Shown piece by piece: positions 35,846 to 49,065 of a DNA stretch of 64,000 bases; position 1 is the first letter of the stretch, and every line of letters starts with the position of its first letter. The notes beneath the pieces are model-generated. The model was not told where the DNA came from and did not search any database. It was given only the letters and a program-made list of their open reading frames with translations. The stretch comes from Lingula anatina (lineage: Eukaryota > Animalia > Brachiopoda). Location of the stretch: positions 36,661,967 to 36,725,966 of the forward strand of contig CM120640.1 in assembly GCA_051362555.1 (NCBI GenBank), in the 5' to 3' direction. A program made the position numbers and the translations under genes.

Positions 35846-38800
35846 ATGAAAATGCTCCAGGGGTGTTTTCTTGCGATGTTTATTTTGTTAAAGCTGCTCG
35901 GCACCGGTCACGGTTTTCGTGACGTGACTCGCGAGGACCGAGGCAGGGGCACAGAGGTGGTGGAGGCCGTGGTGGACCTCATCCAGAGCTCGTGCATCTT
36001 CCCTAACGACAACATGCTGCTTAGACGGATCGCCTGGGTAGAGACAAAAGACGGTACAAGGAACGACACTTTCACTCCGCGACACGGTCACCCGCACCTG
36101 GGCGGCATATGGCAGGTAGATATCACCATAAAGTGTGATAAGTGAAATAATAATTGTGATTACAATTGATAAAGTGAATTGGTGTTTTCTTATGTCAGAT
36201 AACATCATCGATGCCCAGACACTTTGTCCGCTTCAAAGAGGCGACAGAGGTGAATTTTGATGCTGCATTGTGTGTCTCTGTTAGATGAAATTATGCGAAA
36301 GGGCCGCAGTAGATTAAAATCATTTTTGGATAATGATTATGGTATCATTTGGTGCTTAGAAGAACGTTTAATGTTTAGAGGAATTTAGTGCTGTAAATAA
36401 AAACTTGGTCCTTGCATGCAATCTCTGAATACAAAAAGAGATGATAGACACTATATAATTTAAAGATATGAGAAGGTGAGACACATGTAGCAATAAACCC
36501 ATACCAGTACGCAGCTTAAGGATTGGGCAGTTGATTTTAGGACTAACCAAAGTAGGCAAAGTCAAGTTAAGAGCCTTTTGTGATATGAAAGTAGGAATTC
36601 GGCAGCTTACATTTGTGATTGGTGTGTCATGAATTCAGATGTTTGTCATAATTTTCATGAAAACACTTTGTGCACACGCTTTTAGATATATGGTCACGGG
36701 GGATTTATTTACATCATTTTGTCAATTAAGAGTATGAACTGTATGGTCCATTACTAAATGCTGTGCATCTTATGCCACTGCCTGCCTTGACTGTAGGCAA
36801 AATGAAACCTTGGCTGTTTTAAATTAAAATTCAAACTCGCTTTCCAACTCTCCAGGGTTTTAATAGTGTTGAGTTAGATGGCACCCTTCATGGGATTCAC
36901 ACCACTCCCCTAGACCTCCTTTATCTGAAACACTCATCAGGAGCCTTTCTGGACGAGACAGGGTTCCTCTATTAATATTGGTGCATGTGTAGCCATCAAG
37001 CTTATAGCCAGAGTATGTAAATGGAGGAATCAATTTATAAAGTGCTTGGGCGTGAATATGTTGGGTTTATCAACCTTTCTAAGTACATAAGGATAGTAGT
37101 GTTTGAGATCTGTTTTTAAAAATAGATGCGAAATAGATTGGAAAGTCACTGCCCTGGATCAAAATTCGGTCTAGGTACTATGCCGATTTTCATCTAGGGT
37201 CAAACAAGGTGGTAAAAAGGTCTATTATTTTTACAAGAAAAAATCCATTTCCTTTACAATTACCAGCTACTGGTTTGATAACCCTTTTTCACCTTTTAAT
37301 ATAACTGATGCTTCAAAGTCAAAGTGGTGACCCTTCTGTTTAACTTAAAAGCATCCGTGTTAAAAAATGTGATGAATAAATGGAGAATCGTTTTAAGTGG
37401 AATTCCCTGAAAATGAGTATGGAATTCCCATGCATGTTCCTAATGGATTTGGCTTCAAATTACAAAGCGCCAAAAGCTGCAACTGTTTTCTCGCCCTAGG
37501 TTACCAAGTCTGCATTCAAAGACACTAAAAGCGATCCCAATCTGGCTTCCTTGCGATCTGCCGTGGAAGAACATTTTCTCGTGAATTGGACATCTCTCAG
37601 TTGGAGAGATTTGGGAACACCCCTGTATTCGGGTCTAGCTGCCCGCCTGAGGCTGGCACAACATTCCCGTGATCTTCCTCGCGACCTGGAGGGCCAAGCC
37701 ATGTACTGGAATACACATTATCGAGCGGGAGCTCGTTCCAGGAAAAAGCATTTTATCAGAGCAGTGCAAGAGCTTCTGAACAATACCAGTGAGTCAGAAC
37801 CGTTTTGTTTTATAGAACTGATAGTTAGTAACATCTAGAGTAGAAATAATGCAGTTTAAACAGATTTGCCTACTCTGTGCATTGACGCACGATTCGTGTA
37901 TTTTTTCTTTATTGATTCTAATTTTGGTTTATCGAATATTCATTTTGAAACCTTTATGTTATTGACCCCTTTGTTACATTTCAAAGCATTATATGACTAT
38001 CTTTAATATCGTTAATGTATAAGTAAAACATATCGAAGCATTTCATAATATTTAATGTGCTGTTTGATCTCTGAATGTATCTGACTGGACATCATATTAT
38101 TTTCAGGGTGTCAACTCCCTAGAGCCGACGTTGTATTTGTATTGGACTCCTCCGGCAGCGTTGGTTTCAGTAACTTTCGCCTCGTTCTCCAGTTTTTAAC
38201 CAGCGTGATCGAAGGGTTAGATATAGGCGAGGATAAATTCCGTGTCGGAGTCATCCAATATGCGCGCTTCTCACAGACCGAAATCCGCCTTGGCGAACAC
38301 AACACGAAGGCCAGTCTTCTCGATCACATCAGAGAAATACGCTACCTCGGCGGGCCAACAAGGACAGATTACGGTTTAGTCGGTTTGGAGCAACTTCACA
38401 AAACACAAAGCACGTTAAGGGAAAAGAACGGTGAGACAATTAAGTCTCCTAAGATTGGAGTCGTTATAACGGATGGCAAGTCCACCGAGCCCCAGTGGAC
38501 TCTTAGAGCTGCCCGCATCCTTCACGATTCCGACATCACCATGCTTGCTATTGGGATATCTAACGCCACAGAACAAAAAGAACTGGAGGCCATAGGGAGC
38601 TGTCCCTCGTGCCTTCATGTTTTTAACTTGGACGATTTTGGCGAAGTCACTTCTCTTAGAGATGAGATTGAAATGAGAACGTGTAAAGGTAGGCGTTACT
38701 TAAGAATTTCGCAAAAGATTTCAATTTTTGTAATACTGTAGCCTAGAGACGTTGAACGACACAATTAGAATCCATATGCTATAGGAATTGAGATTATTTA

Positions 38801-39737
38801 TAAGTTTGTAGTGGATTGTATAGTCTAAGTAAAAGAGAACCTTATTCCCTTTTATATCATTTCAAATATTTTTCTGTAAGCGTCATAAATGCGACTTTTT
38901 CGCCCCGTTACATCAGTTTGTATTTAGTTTACAAGTAAAAGCTCAATTTTCTTCCTATCCTTTCCAGCCAGCTTAGGTGTGACAGCTAATATCAGTGGTA
39001 AGCTAGAGTATGGCCAGGTTCAGTACCTGAGGTTCAACGTCCCCACGGATAACCTCACCCTAGTGGTAAGTTCCTTGCTCTTTGGAGTTGAATATGATTT
39101 CACCTTTTGAATTTGGTTGAAGATTAGTCGATTTTTTATTCTTGTTAATGATTGCATTTTGTATACCTTTGGGTAATACTAATCACTGTCATCATCAAAA
39201 CTTATAGGATATCCAAGGAAAATACTTTTTAATAAAGTAAGAATATATATATATATAACTTGGAGTGTTTTTTAAAGCTCTGTATCATCTCTCATGAAAA
39301 TGCGCATCTGGTTGCAGGTAACTATGACGAGCGGCAGTGCCTCCCTGTACAGTTCTTGGGCAGCCCGCTACCCGAGTCCTTCCATCTACGACTATCAACT
39401 TCACTGTGACACTCAGTTGCCTCATTTCAAAATGCACGTGCCATACCCCGCCAACGCCTCAACTCCCAACGCACCCCTCTATTCGGCAATCTACGGCACC
39501 AGTCTCAACTCGACATCCGACAACTGCTTCCAGCTGACAGCTCACCCAGGAAAGGCTTTAACTGTTGAACTGAATGATAGCGATGTTGAGGAAATTTTAG
39601 TTATATTTAAGGAGGATGGTCACGACAGCGAGGTCACTCGGCTTTTAATGATACTAGGTGTTCAGGCGGGGGTATATTTGATACTTGCTGCCAGTTGTTA
39701 TGTGTGTATGGTCAAAGGGTCAGACCTCTGTAAATGA
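35846..39737 (+). CDS. Signal peptide + lysozyme-like domain + von Willebrand factor A domain + probable beta-rich domain + C-terminal TM; exons 35846-36115, 37500-37788, 38107-38688, 38968-39065, 39318-39737
   Basis: VWA MIDAS DVVFVLDSSGS, GGPTRT and VVITDGKS. N-terminal LRRIAWVETKDG...GGIWQV...PLYSGLAARL...QAMYWNTHY. Hydrophobic C-terminus LLMILGVQAGVYLILAASCYVCMV. All junctions are in phase. Confidence 0.85.
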
Positions 39738-40713
39738 AGAAATACCGAAAACGATGATCCCAATATTTGGAGAAACTGTGCACAGTTTTGTGACTTTTTA
39801 AAGATAAGTCTATCATTTAAAAACAGTTGTCGAATTCTTCGAAATAAACAAATAAATAAAGAAGAAAGTAATAATGTTTATCTCTTATAAAAAGCAACTA
39901 CTGTTTAAACATTAAGAAATTAACGTCGTTTTTAGTTGTATTTCATGTATGTAATTTTTTTCTTTATAAAATAGACTCTGCTAATAATTCAACTACCAAC
40001 CTTTTTTACTTCTATTCGTGTCAAAGTCACCACTGACGAAGAGACATGCACTGATTTTCTGATTTCAATTTTTTAATTTAATTAAAATTCGAACCAACTG
40101 GAATTCGAAATTTGAGACAAAAGCATTGGGATTGAAAGTTTTTAATTAATTAATAAATGAAATTGCTCTCAGAGAGAAAGGTATCGAAAACACAATTATT
40201 AAATATGTTTTTAAGGAACACTTCACAACATATTTTAAAATGCTTACTATAGGGCTTATATTATGATTTTAAAAGTAAAATTTCCTTTGTAAGAAAAAAA
40301 TTATTAAAACAAAAAAAAGAGAAATAGATCTCGAGCCGCGGGTTTGTGATTGCAAACGCCAAACAAACGACTTAAAACGCGATTTCATGGTGCGAACGCA
40401 AAAATACATATCGCAAGCACCGCGAACGATTTGGTCTCTCGCTGTTTACATACGGGTTCCAAGATTCCTGGAACTATTTTCAATATGGCGGCAGATTTGA
40501 GAACGCGCACGTAGGGCTTTGAGATGAAAGTCAAGTCGAAAAAGAGTAATTGTCTATCCTTCCTCCGTCCATAATGAAAGAGATGGGATTCCTAGCGTCT
40601 GCAACAAGGCCCAGTAAAGTTACTCGATGTTCATTGACGGAATTTTAGGAGGAGTGTGATATTAGTTGCAAGTAAATATTTTATCACTTTTAGTTGAAAT
40701 ATAGCGTCCTTCT

Positions 40714-41660
40714 AATTTAAGACAAAGTCATTATTTTTATGTTTTCTGTCCAGGAATATGCATTTATCAATGGCGGATTTGGGGTAGGGGTTGGGCGCAG
40801 GCAGGTTCTTACCCTCCCCCCCCCCCCCCCCCCCTTCGATATATGAAAAAAAAAAATCACACCAATATTCCCCTTTTGATATTAGAATTTTGACTAGATG
40901 AATCGTAGTTCTAAACCGTACCAAATGGCAACGTTTGCCCCCCAAAACAACAATTTTTTCTTGGTTCTTGAGCAGGCCATGGTGAGGGTCGGCTTCACAT
41001 CTATCCGTCTACTTCATACCAGTATTGGTGTCTATAGACGTACATGAACAGATACAGATACATCAGAGGACCCCATTCAAATAATCCTGGATCCGCCCCT
41101 TTTTATGAGATACCTAAACAATAGAATTTTGACTTGAGATGTCTATTGTTTAATTCTAATAGTAATAATCTATAATTTTAGAATTTAAGAATTTAATTTA
41201 AGACAAAGTCATTATTTTTATGTTTTCTGTCCAGGAATATGCATTTATCAATGGCGGATTTGGGGTAGGGGTTGGGCGCAGGCAGGTTCTTACCCTCCCC
41301 CCCCCCCCCCCCTTCGATATATGAAAAAAAAAAATCACACCAATATTCCCCTTTTGATATTAGAATTTTGACTAGATGAATCGTAGTTCTAAACCGTACC
41401 AAATGGCAACGTTTGCCCCCCAAAACAACAATTTTTTCTTGGTTCTTGAGCAGGCCATGGTGAGGGTCGGCTTCACATCTATCCGTCTACTTCATACCAG
41501 TATTGGTGTCTATAGACGTACATGAACAGATACAGATACATCAGAGGACCCCATTCAAATAATCCTGGATCCGCCCCTTTTTATGAGATACCTAAACAAT
41601 AGAATTTTGACTTGAGATGTCTATTGTTTAATTCTAATAGTAATAATCTATAATTTTAGA
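40714..41660. repeat. Near-perfect tandem duplication (~470-480 bp unit) containing a GGCGGAT-type MITE
   Basis: 40714-41180 and 41195-41660 appear identical apart from the poly-C run length. Confidence 0.92.
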
Positions 41661-43704
41661 ACATGGTCTACAAAATGTTTTTCAAGGCTTAAGGTTTGAG
41701 AAACCTCTGTTAATTACTTTCTTTTTTCCAGAATAAGGACAGATGACAGTATTTATGAAATGCTCAACAGTTCTTTATACAATGTAAGTCCAGATGGAGT
41801 TTTTGATGATGCTTGCTACAGGCTGTTTTTTCCTGGAAGATTTCTGAGACTTGCCAATTCCTCAATTTGAAATGCTTTCACCACAAGACACATTTTATCA
41901 TCGTAATATCAAGGGATGTTACGTAAGGGTAAGACAAGATGACTCAAGACTGACAGATATGTGCCAAAGGTAACTGAAGGTAAATTTAAGGTAGTTTTAT
42001 GTGAAAATCTAATGAACAGTAACACTTTATCTGCTTTAAAAGAAGACTTTAAAAGTTTTTCAGAGAAAACAATATCTGTGATAATGTTGACCAAAGCAAT
42101 TAAATTGGGCCTCTCTGACAGATTATCCAAACGATTTAAACTGACCATACTTCACTTTTTACGAAATAAGTGTTTGAGACCAGACCAGTTGAGTAATCTT
42201 CTGCATGGAAACGGAAAAAAGCCAGTTTAGTTAAGTATGGTTACATTTTCCAGGAATGCTTGGCAAACCATAGTTATGCTGGGGCTTGTGCTTTTTGTCT
42301 GAAGAATCTGTTGGCCTTGATGACTTCAGTGTGCCCCATTTTCCTGGGAGATTTTTAGACTTGCCAGTTCGGCAATTTGAAATGCCTTCACCACATGAGA
42401 CCCACTGACTGGGACAGAACATGGACATTTGGAGAATGTGAATTCCACTTCCAGATCAAGTGGGGAGATGCCTCACTATGATACCTGTAAGGATGGAGAT
42501 TGACTGAGGCCATTTTAAATGGAATGAAAGAAACAACTAACTTTGACTCAACATAGTCTAACTTCACATTGGCTATCCCAGTCACAAATTGGTTACAGTC
42601 ATATCAACCAAAATGGTATTTGCTCATATTGTAAAATTATAAGCAAAAAAAATTTTCCAGAAAGCTTTTCCATCTTGCTGATTTCAGAAAGTAACCTACC
42701 TTTTTACCAAACATGTTAGTGATTTGTAACTTTATGTAAGATCTATTAGACAAGGTGGCATGTTTAAGTTTTTTCAGAAAAGTTGCAATCCTCTTTCCCT
42801 CTTTTTTTCAGAATGTCTTCACGATAGAAAAACCCAAGGATTGGAGAGAAATGTTTTAACCTATGAATTGTAGTTAACAGAAGATATGCAGTTAATTATG
42901 AATAAGAAGCCGATGACAAGTCAAAGGTACATACAATGGACTATAAGATCTCAGCACATGCCTGTCAGACTGAGCTGGTTTGAACTAAAACAACACTAAA
43001 ATATACCCATATAATGTTACAAAAATATATGCCATATTATATATAAAGATGTGAATAATGTAAAAGTATGAATTAACATTAATATGGTATCAATTCTTAA
43101 TCACATAACATGTAAAACATGCTGTTGAGGTTCTTACTTCCGATAAACTACATTCTCAACACCATGACGTATGCTATCATTTTCACTCACACCTTTATCC
43201 CATAACTCCCAGTAGTAGTTTGAGAGTTCAGTTGTTTCTTTTATTTTGCTGGAATTGTTGAGTGAAGTTTTGTGATTTCTCCAGCGAATTTGAAATCTTG
43301 TTCTTTATATATTATGTATTCTGTCAAGCTGTCACCATAATGGGACACTCCTCAGAGTTTCAGTATTTGTAGGTACCGGCTGGAGTGTCAGGCTTTTTCA
43401 CAGTAGCTACTGACCCCCTGTTGCTCATGCAGCCCTACAATACTTACTCTGTATTTCTGTTGAAGATCTTATGGTAGGGGTAACCTTTAGGAAATAGGAG
43501 GTCAATTAGTTGAAGAAACTGTCTACTGATATTGATGGTAATGTTTTGATCAAATGGGGTCTCGGGTGTTTAACCAAATGATGGTGCCCTTGCATTTTTG
43601 TTTTGCCTTGGCACTCTGTGCGAATGGAGGCAAATGTAAGATTGTAATTAAAGCTGCTTTTCTTGAGAGCAGTTTAGATCTATCAAACTTTTAAAATTTT
43701 ATTC

Positions 43705-43985
43705 CATAGGCAAATTTTCGCTGCTCAAGCAACAGTCTGATGATTGAAAAAGGACGCCACATGAATATAGAAAAAGACCGTAGATTTTGCCCATATTGTT
43801 TGACTCAGAAAGTTTATACTGTAGAAAACGAGATACACTTTCTACTACTGTGTCCGTTGTATAATGACTTGAGGGAGATATATTTCATAACACAATGGAC
43901 AAAACACAGTAAAAATGAACGATTGTTTGGATTATGTCTGACATTTGTACGGATGGCATATTCTCATGAGCAAGATTTTTAACTA
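43705..43985 (+). mobile_element. 5'-truncated LINE ORF2 C-terminal remnant
   Basis: ANFRCSSNSLMIEKGRH...RRFCPYC...VENEIHFLLLCPLYNDLR is the typical non-LTR ORF2 C-terminal Cys/His motif. Confidence 0.8.
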
Positions 43986-44154
43986 CTGCACTTGCAATGC
44001 AAAGAAAAGATTAGTTGCTATTGAAGTGAGTTTAATTCACAGCGTTGACTAAGAACATGACTATTATAGCATTTACAATCATTTAAAATCTTCAGAATGA
44101 GGACTATTATGAATGTATGTTTTTTTTTTATTAAAAAATTTTTTTTTTTAAAGT

Positions 44155-44895
44155 TGTGAACGATCTCCCGCCTCCCATCTGGGTAGTGCACCTCCCTTTC
44201 GTGGAGTAGGGCCACTCGATCAATTTCTCCGTCCTACTCCTTAGCTTCCCTCACTACGCTGGGTGGTTCCTCTTCTTCAGAAGAGCTTAGGTGTTCCGCG
44301 GGTTCAGGGGGTGGTCCTATCTTCAATCTCTTTCCCCCTGCAGTTGGTCTGGGGCTGGCCAAAGGGGACAGGGCAAGTGTAAGCAGGTGATAAACAACAC
44401 TAGGTTTTACAAATATATTTATTCTTTGGAGATAAAAATAAGGCTTCCAGACATACCTGTAAGAAGCAACATAGAATCATAATAAGTAATAAGAAACTAC
44501 AAGAACGACAGATATTGTTTAAAAGATTTTGGGAATAAATCAGCGAATTGCACTTACTTTAAAACAGAATAATTGTAGGCAACAAATAATCCCCGCTCAC
44601 GGAACATCAAACCAAAACAAAAAAACTCCAACATGCAAACAACAACGAGAGCGTCATGGCCTCACCAGTCCACACTTGAGCAACATCATAGGCCGCGCAT
44701 GTTGCTGCACATTGTCAGTGGCAACGACGTGTAACACGTTACACAAGGATAGCCTCCTCCCCAGGCGTAACATCCACCAACAGTGGGGGCTCCTCCAATA
44801 GGTCTGGGGCAAGGGCCGCTGGCCTCTTCCTCTCCTACTCTGTCTTGCAGGCAGGTTTACATTTGAAATGTTCCGCTAGTATGCGGTTCTTCACA
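44155..44895 (-). mobile_element. Probable solo LTR
   Basis: GC-richer 741-bp block bounded by TGTGAA...TTCACA. Flanks AAGT/AATT could be a 4-bp TSD with one mismatch. Internal AATAAA on the minus strand at ~44417-44422. Confidence 0.5.
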
Positions 44896-45299
44896 AATTT
44901 TAGACCACAGTAACAATTCAGGCAACTTCACTCATGCTGCTTTCTGTTACTACGATCTGAAAAAGTCTTCTTGCAATAAAGACAGCCTGGCATGTCTAAA
45001 AAAGAAAGTAGGAGTAGATTACTGGAAAGCTGACCCAGCAAATCTGGGGGGATAATAGAAACAAACAATAGAAAACAGTAAATCTGGAATACGTGAATTT
45101 GTATGACTGGGGTAAGTCTCGTAGTCGAGACTCTACAATGAAAGCGTTTCCGAAAGAAAGTCGGTTACTCTCGGTACAAAAAATATATTTAAAAAGTCAA
45201 AATGAGTCACATAATGTTTGGAATGGTTAATTATTTGTCATAAATGTTTTCACCTCTTTCAGTTATTTTTTTATTTTTTTTTTCCAGCACTGTTTTTTT

Positions 45300-47850
45300 T
45301 TCCATACTTTTGTCAGTATCTTCATATTGCGCAATATTCCTGCTGCTTCTTAGCCTTAAAATTAAGATTTAAGATTCAAATCTGCACAGCTCGATCAAAT
45401 TTTTAATTACTCTTCTGGCTCTGAATCCATTTTCTTCATTCTAATTTTTTATAGAGGATGAGTTCATCTTTGTTCTTCTATTCCTTTTTAAAGCAAGGTA
45501 TTGTATGCAGATTGCATTATAATACTGGTAAGCTTTCTTTTTTTCATTAAGGTTTTTAAACTAAAGATGTTCATATATGATGTTATTAGATTTTTTTTAA
45601 ACCAAAGATACATGTATACATGTTAAACCATATTCATTTTATTACTAACTGATTCTATCATTTCATACTATTGAGAGATGTTACATGAATGACTCTGATT
45701 ATGAATGGTTTCAGGTCCCACTCTGTTTTTGATGGTATAGGGGTCACAGCAGTAAGGCTGAATTACAATACCATGACATAAACAGATAGGAAGTTAACAA
45801 TTTGATGAGTATAAGCCAAAGTCAAATTATTAAACAAAGACAGTAAATAAATAACCAATAAAGACCAGCCTTTCATATACTTTTACTCTGAAGTGGTCAT
45901 TACCAGACATCGCATCTACACACACAGTCACAACCCACACTTGCATCAGAAATGTCTGATTTTTGATTAGTTTCAGGAAGTTCTTTGTCACATTGTCCAC
46001 ATCTATATGCAGGTGTGTCAAAAGAATATTGTTTGTTCTTATTGCTCCAGGGCAGAATATTAGGTACTATAAATTGCTTAAAAAAACTAACACAAGCAGG
46101 CAATAATTTTCTTTGGCAAAATTTATCATTATATCTAACCTCAATCACCATCATGTCAACATTTGTCCAAATTACAAATTCACATCTATAAAATATGTTT
46201 CCCTTGCACTGCATTCTTTTTCATCATTCCAATTTACTTTACTTTAAGGAGTGGGAAGACCCTAAATTTTCCACTCCCACATTTTTCAAAGTGTTCTGAG
46301 CAGGTGGTGTTTCGCACACTTTGGTCTTTCACCTGCTGTTTATGAACTCAAATTTATCTATCTATCAATCTTTTTTAGTTTCTTTGAATTTTCCACTGTG
46401 TTATGCAGTTTCATCTTCCATACTTTTGTCAATATCTTCATATTGCACAATTATGAATATTCCTGCTGGTTCTTAGCCTTAAGATTAAGATTTGAGATTC
46501 AAATCTGCAAGACTCTCTCAAATTTTTAATTACTCTTCTGGCTCTGAATCCATTTTCTTCATTCTAATTTCTTTTATAGTGGATGAGTTCATCTTTGTTT
46601 TATTCCTCTTGAAACCAAGGTATTGTATGCAGATTGCATTATAATACTGACAAGCTTCCTTTTTTTCATTAGGTTTTTAAACTAAAGATATGATATATAA
46701 TGTTATTAGATGTTTTTTAAACCAAAGATACATGTATACATGTTAAACCATATTCATTTGATTACTAACTGATTCTATGGGTATATGATATGGGATGCCT
46801 TGGGAAGTATCAACTCACCTTTGATGTCCATATCCTGTGCTCCCCAGGAGCACTTCACCATCATGCTGTCCAGAGAGGTTACCCTAATTACTCTGTTTAT
46901 ATAGGGTTTTGGCTCCCACACTATGTTTTTATAGGCTTCATGGCAGTAGGGCTGAATTTCAATACCATAAATATACCATACTCATAAACAGATAGGAAAG
47001 TAACAATATGATGAACATTAGCCAAAATCTGATGAGCAAACAATGGATGTTTGATAACTGAAGAAGAACTGATTTTCATACACTTTTCCACTTAAATGTT
47101 CATTGAAGTAGAAAAATGCTCATGATAAAATACATTATAAAATGACATTTCTTTTAAATTAAAAATCAATACCTAAAACATAGTCTAGAACATGATGACA
47201 CATTTAACTTCTTTTCAGTATGTTTATTACTGAACTAAATTGGTCGCACCAGCTGAAATTCAAGTTCTGAAACCTTTGATGCCAAAAACGCAACCCCGTT
47301 GCATTGCATAATATCATTAATCCAATACATTGTCTTTGCATATGTGTTAATGATTTATATTAATCATATTTTCAAAACCAGTAAGTTCAACTAATTTACT
47401 TAATATACAGATAGAAAGAATGTCTCTTCTCAGAATTAACTCCTTATTCATGTTTTACATTCTTAAATCATTGAGGATCGAGAAGCTATATTGGTGATGT
47501 TAGTTATAATAAATTGATAAAACAGATAATTATTTTCAGCTATATGGGATTCTTTAGAAAGTATCGACTCCCCTTTGATATCCATTTCTAATGCTGCCCA
47601 GGAGCACTTTATCATCATGGTATCACATGACGTAGCTTGAACAATCCTTTTTATAAAGAGTTTCGGCTTCCATTCTATGCTGGCATACGGGTCACAGCAG
47701 TAGGGCTGAATTACAATACCATGAAATAAACATATTGGGAGTTAACAATATGATGAGCGTAAGTCAAAATGAATGATTGAACAAAGAAAGCTAAATTAAA
47801 TTATTAAAAAAGATCAACCTTTTGTATACTTCGACTTTAAAATGGCCACT
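45300..47850. repeat. Degenerate local tandem duplications (45300-45660 ~ 46420-46780; 45700-45900 ~ 46900-47100 ~ 47660-47850), possibly decayed LINE sequence
   Basis: Shared blocks such as TTTTAATTACTCTTCTGGCTCTGAATCCATTTTCTTCATTC and GCAGTA.GGCTGAATT.CAATACCAT. One frame resembles the LINE 'YGSEVWG' motif, interrupted by stops. Confidence 0.7.
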
Positions 47851-48579
47851 AAATAAAAAAAGTGACAAAGCATCTAACTGAGTATCTCTTTAAAACTTTA
47901 TCTGTAATATTTATTTTTAACTTCTAAATCTTGTCTAAATCTCACTTACATGCAAAGGTTGCACCTGCCCACAATGTGACACTCATTCACAGCTCCTCTT
48001 AATTCTCTCTTGAGCTGTTTGCCTCTTTGGTGGTCCCAGTTTCCTAGAAACACCCCTTTGCCCACTCTTTTTACAATACACCATTGATATTGTTCTCCAC
48101 CAGGATGATGTGTGCAGTGGCTTTTGGAATATTACACAATTCTCTTAAATCAGTTTTTAAAATGCTTCTTTTTTTCTTACATTCTTAGTGCCTTAATGGC
48201 CATAATTATCTACCTTCATTAAAATGCATTTTAATTCTTAAAACTTTCAATGAATGCCAATTGTAAATCTAATCTAATAAGGCAGACCTTTTTCTGAAAC
48301 ATTGGCGTTTCTTTTGAATCCAGTGGACCCACCTGGATATAGCTTTGTGACATGCACAAAAATATGCATGTTCACACTGCACAAACACGTGCAAAATGCA
48401 CATGCACACTTGTATAGCTTGTGTGTACTGTTGTTTTTTGTATCGACATTTTCCGTATTCATCTGAAAAAATGGATTTCTATAACAATAGAATTTTTGCT
48501 CTTACTTTGACATTGACGAATTTGAGGTTTGTGTGTGTGTGTCTAGTTCACTTCTTAAGATGGGCATATAAGTCACTAA

Positions 48580-49065
48580 TTAGTAATTATTATTACTTAT
48601 TTTGATATAACGGGAGTCATAAGCTGCCAGTGTTGTCTTGAACCCGTCAGATACACCATTGAAGGCGGGGTCGTCCTTGTGCATCTCTATGATTTTCTGG
48701 GTTGTGGCATCTAGCGATAGAGCAGGAGCTCCACCCCCAGTCTTGGCACTGTGGCTGTGTATGCCACAGTGTGCTTTCTTGACCGCAGTCACCAGCTGCC
48801 TCCATTTCTCTTTGCACTCTTCATGGGTTCTGCGAGCTGCTCCAACAGCAGTGATTTTACTGCTAATCTTGTTGTCCAAGCTTGATGTGTGCTTGTTTTT
48901 GATGGTACTGCGGTCTGCCTCTACCAGTTCCACCAGTAAAGTTTGTTCACTGACAGACCAGTTTTGTTTCCTGCACCTCTTTTTCTCGGATATTGACATT
49001 GCCAAAGTACATTAAAGCAGACAACACAAATGAACGTGCTAAACGTCCTTTATAAAACCGGGCCC
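48580..49065 (-). mobile_element. Harbinger-derived Myb/SANT-like (MSANTD/NAIF1-type) ORF remnant with a terminal TIR
   Basis: RKQNWSVSEQTLLVELV...RRTHEECKEKWRQL...KTGGGAP, with the central 'AW' helix apparently deleted. TATAAAACCGGGCCC+AG at 49051-49067 resembles a Harbinger TIR. Confidence 0.75.

Noticed and set aside
45700-47780. Repeated hairpin-like blocks as an H/ACA snoRNA cluster
   Set aside because: Pairing and boxes are not preserved among the three copies. Decayed duplicated repeat sequence explains them better.
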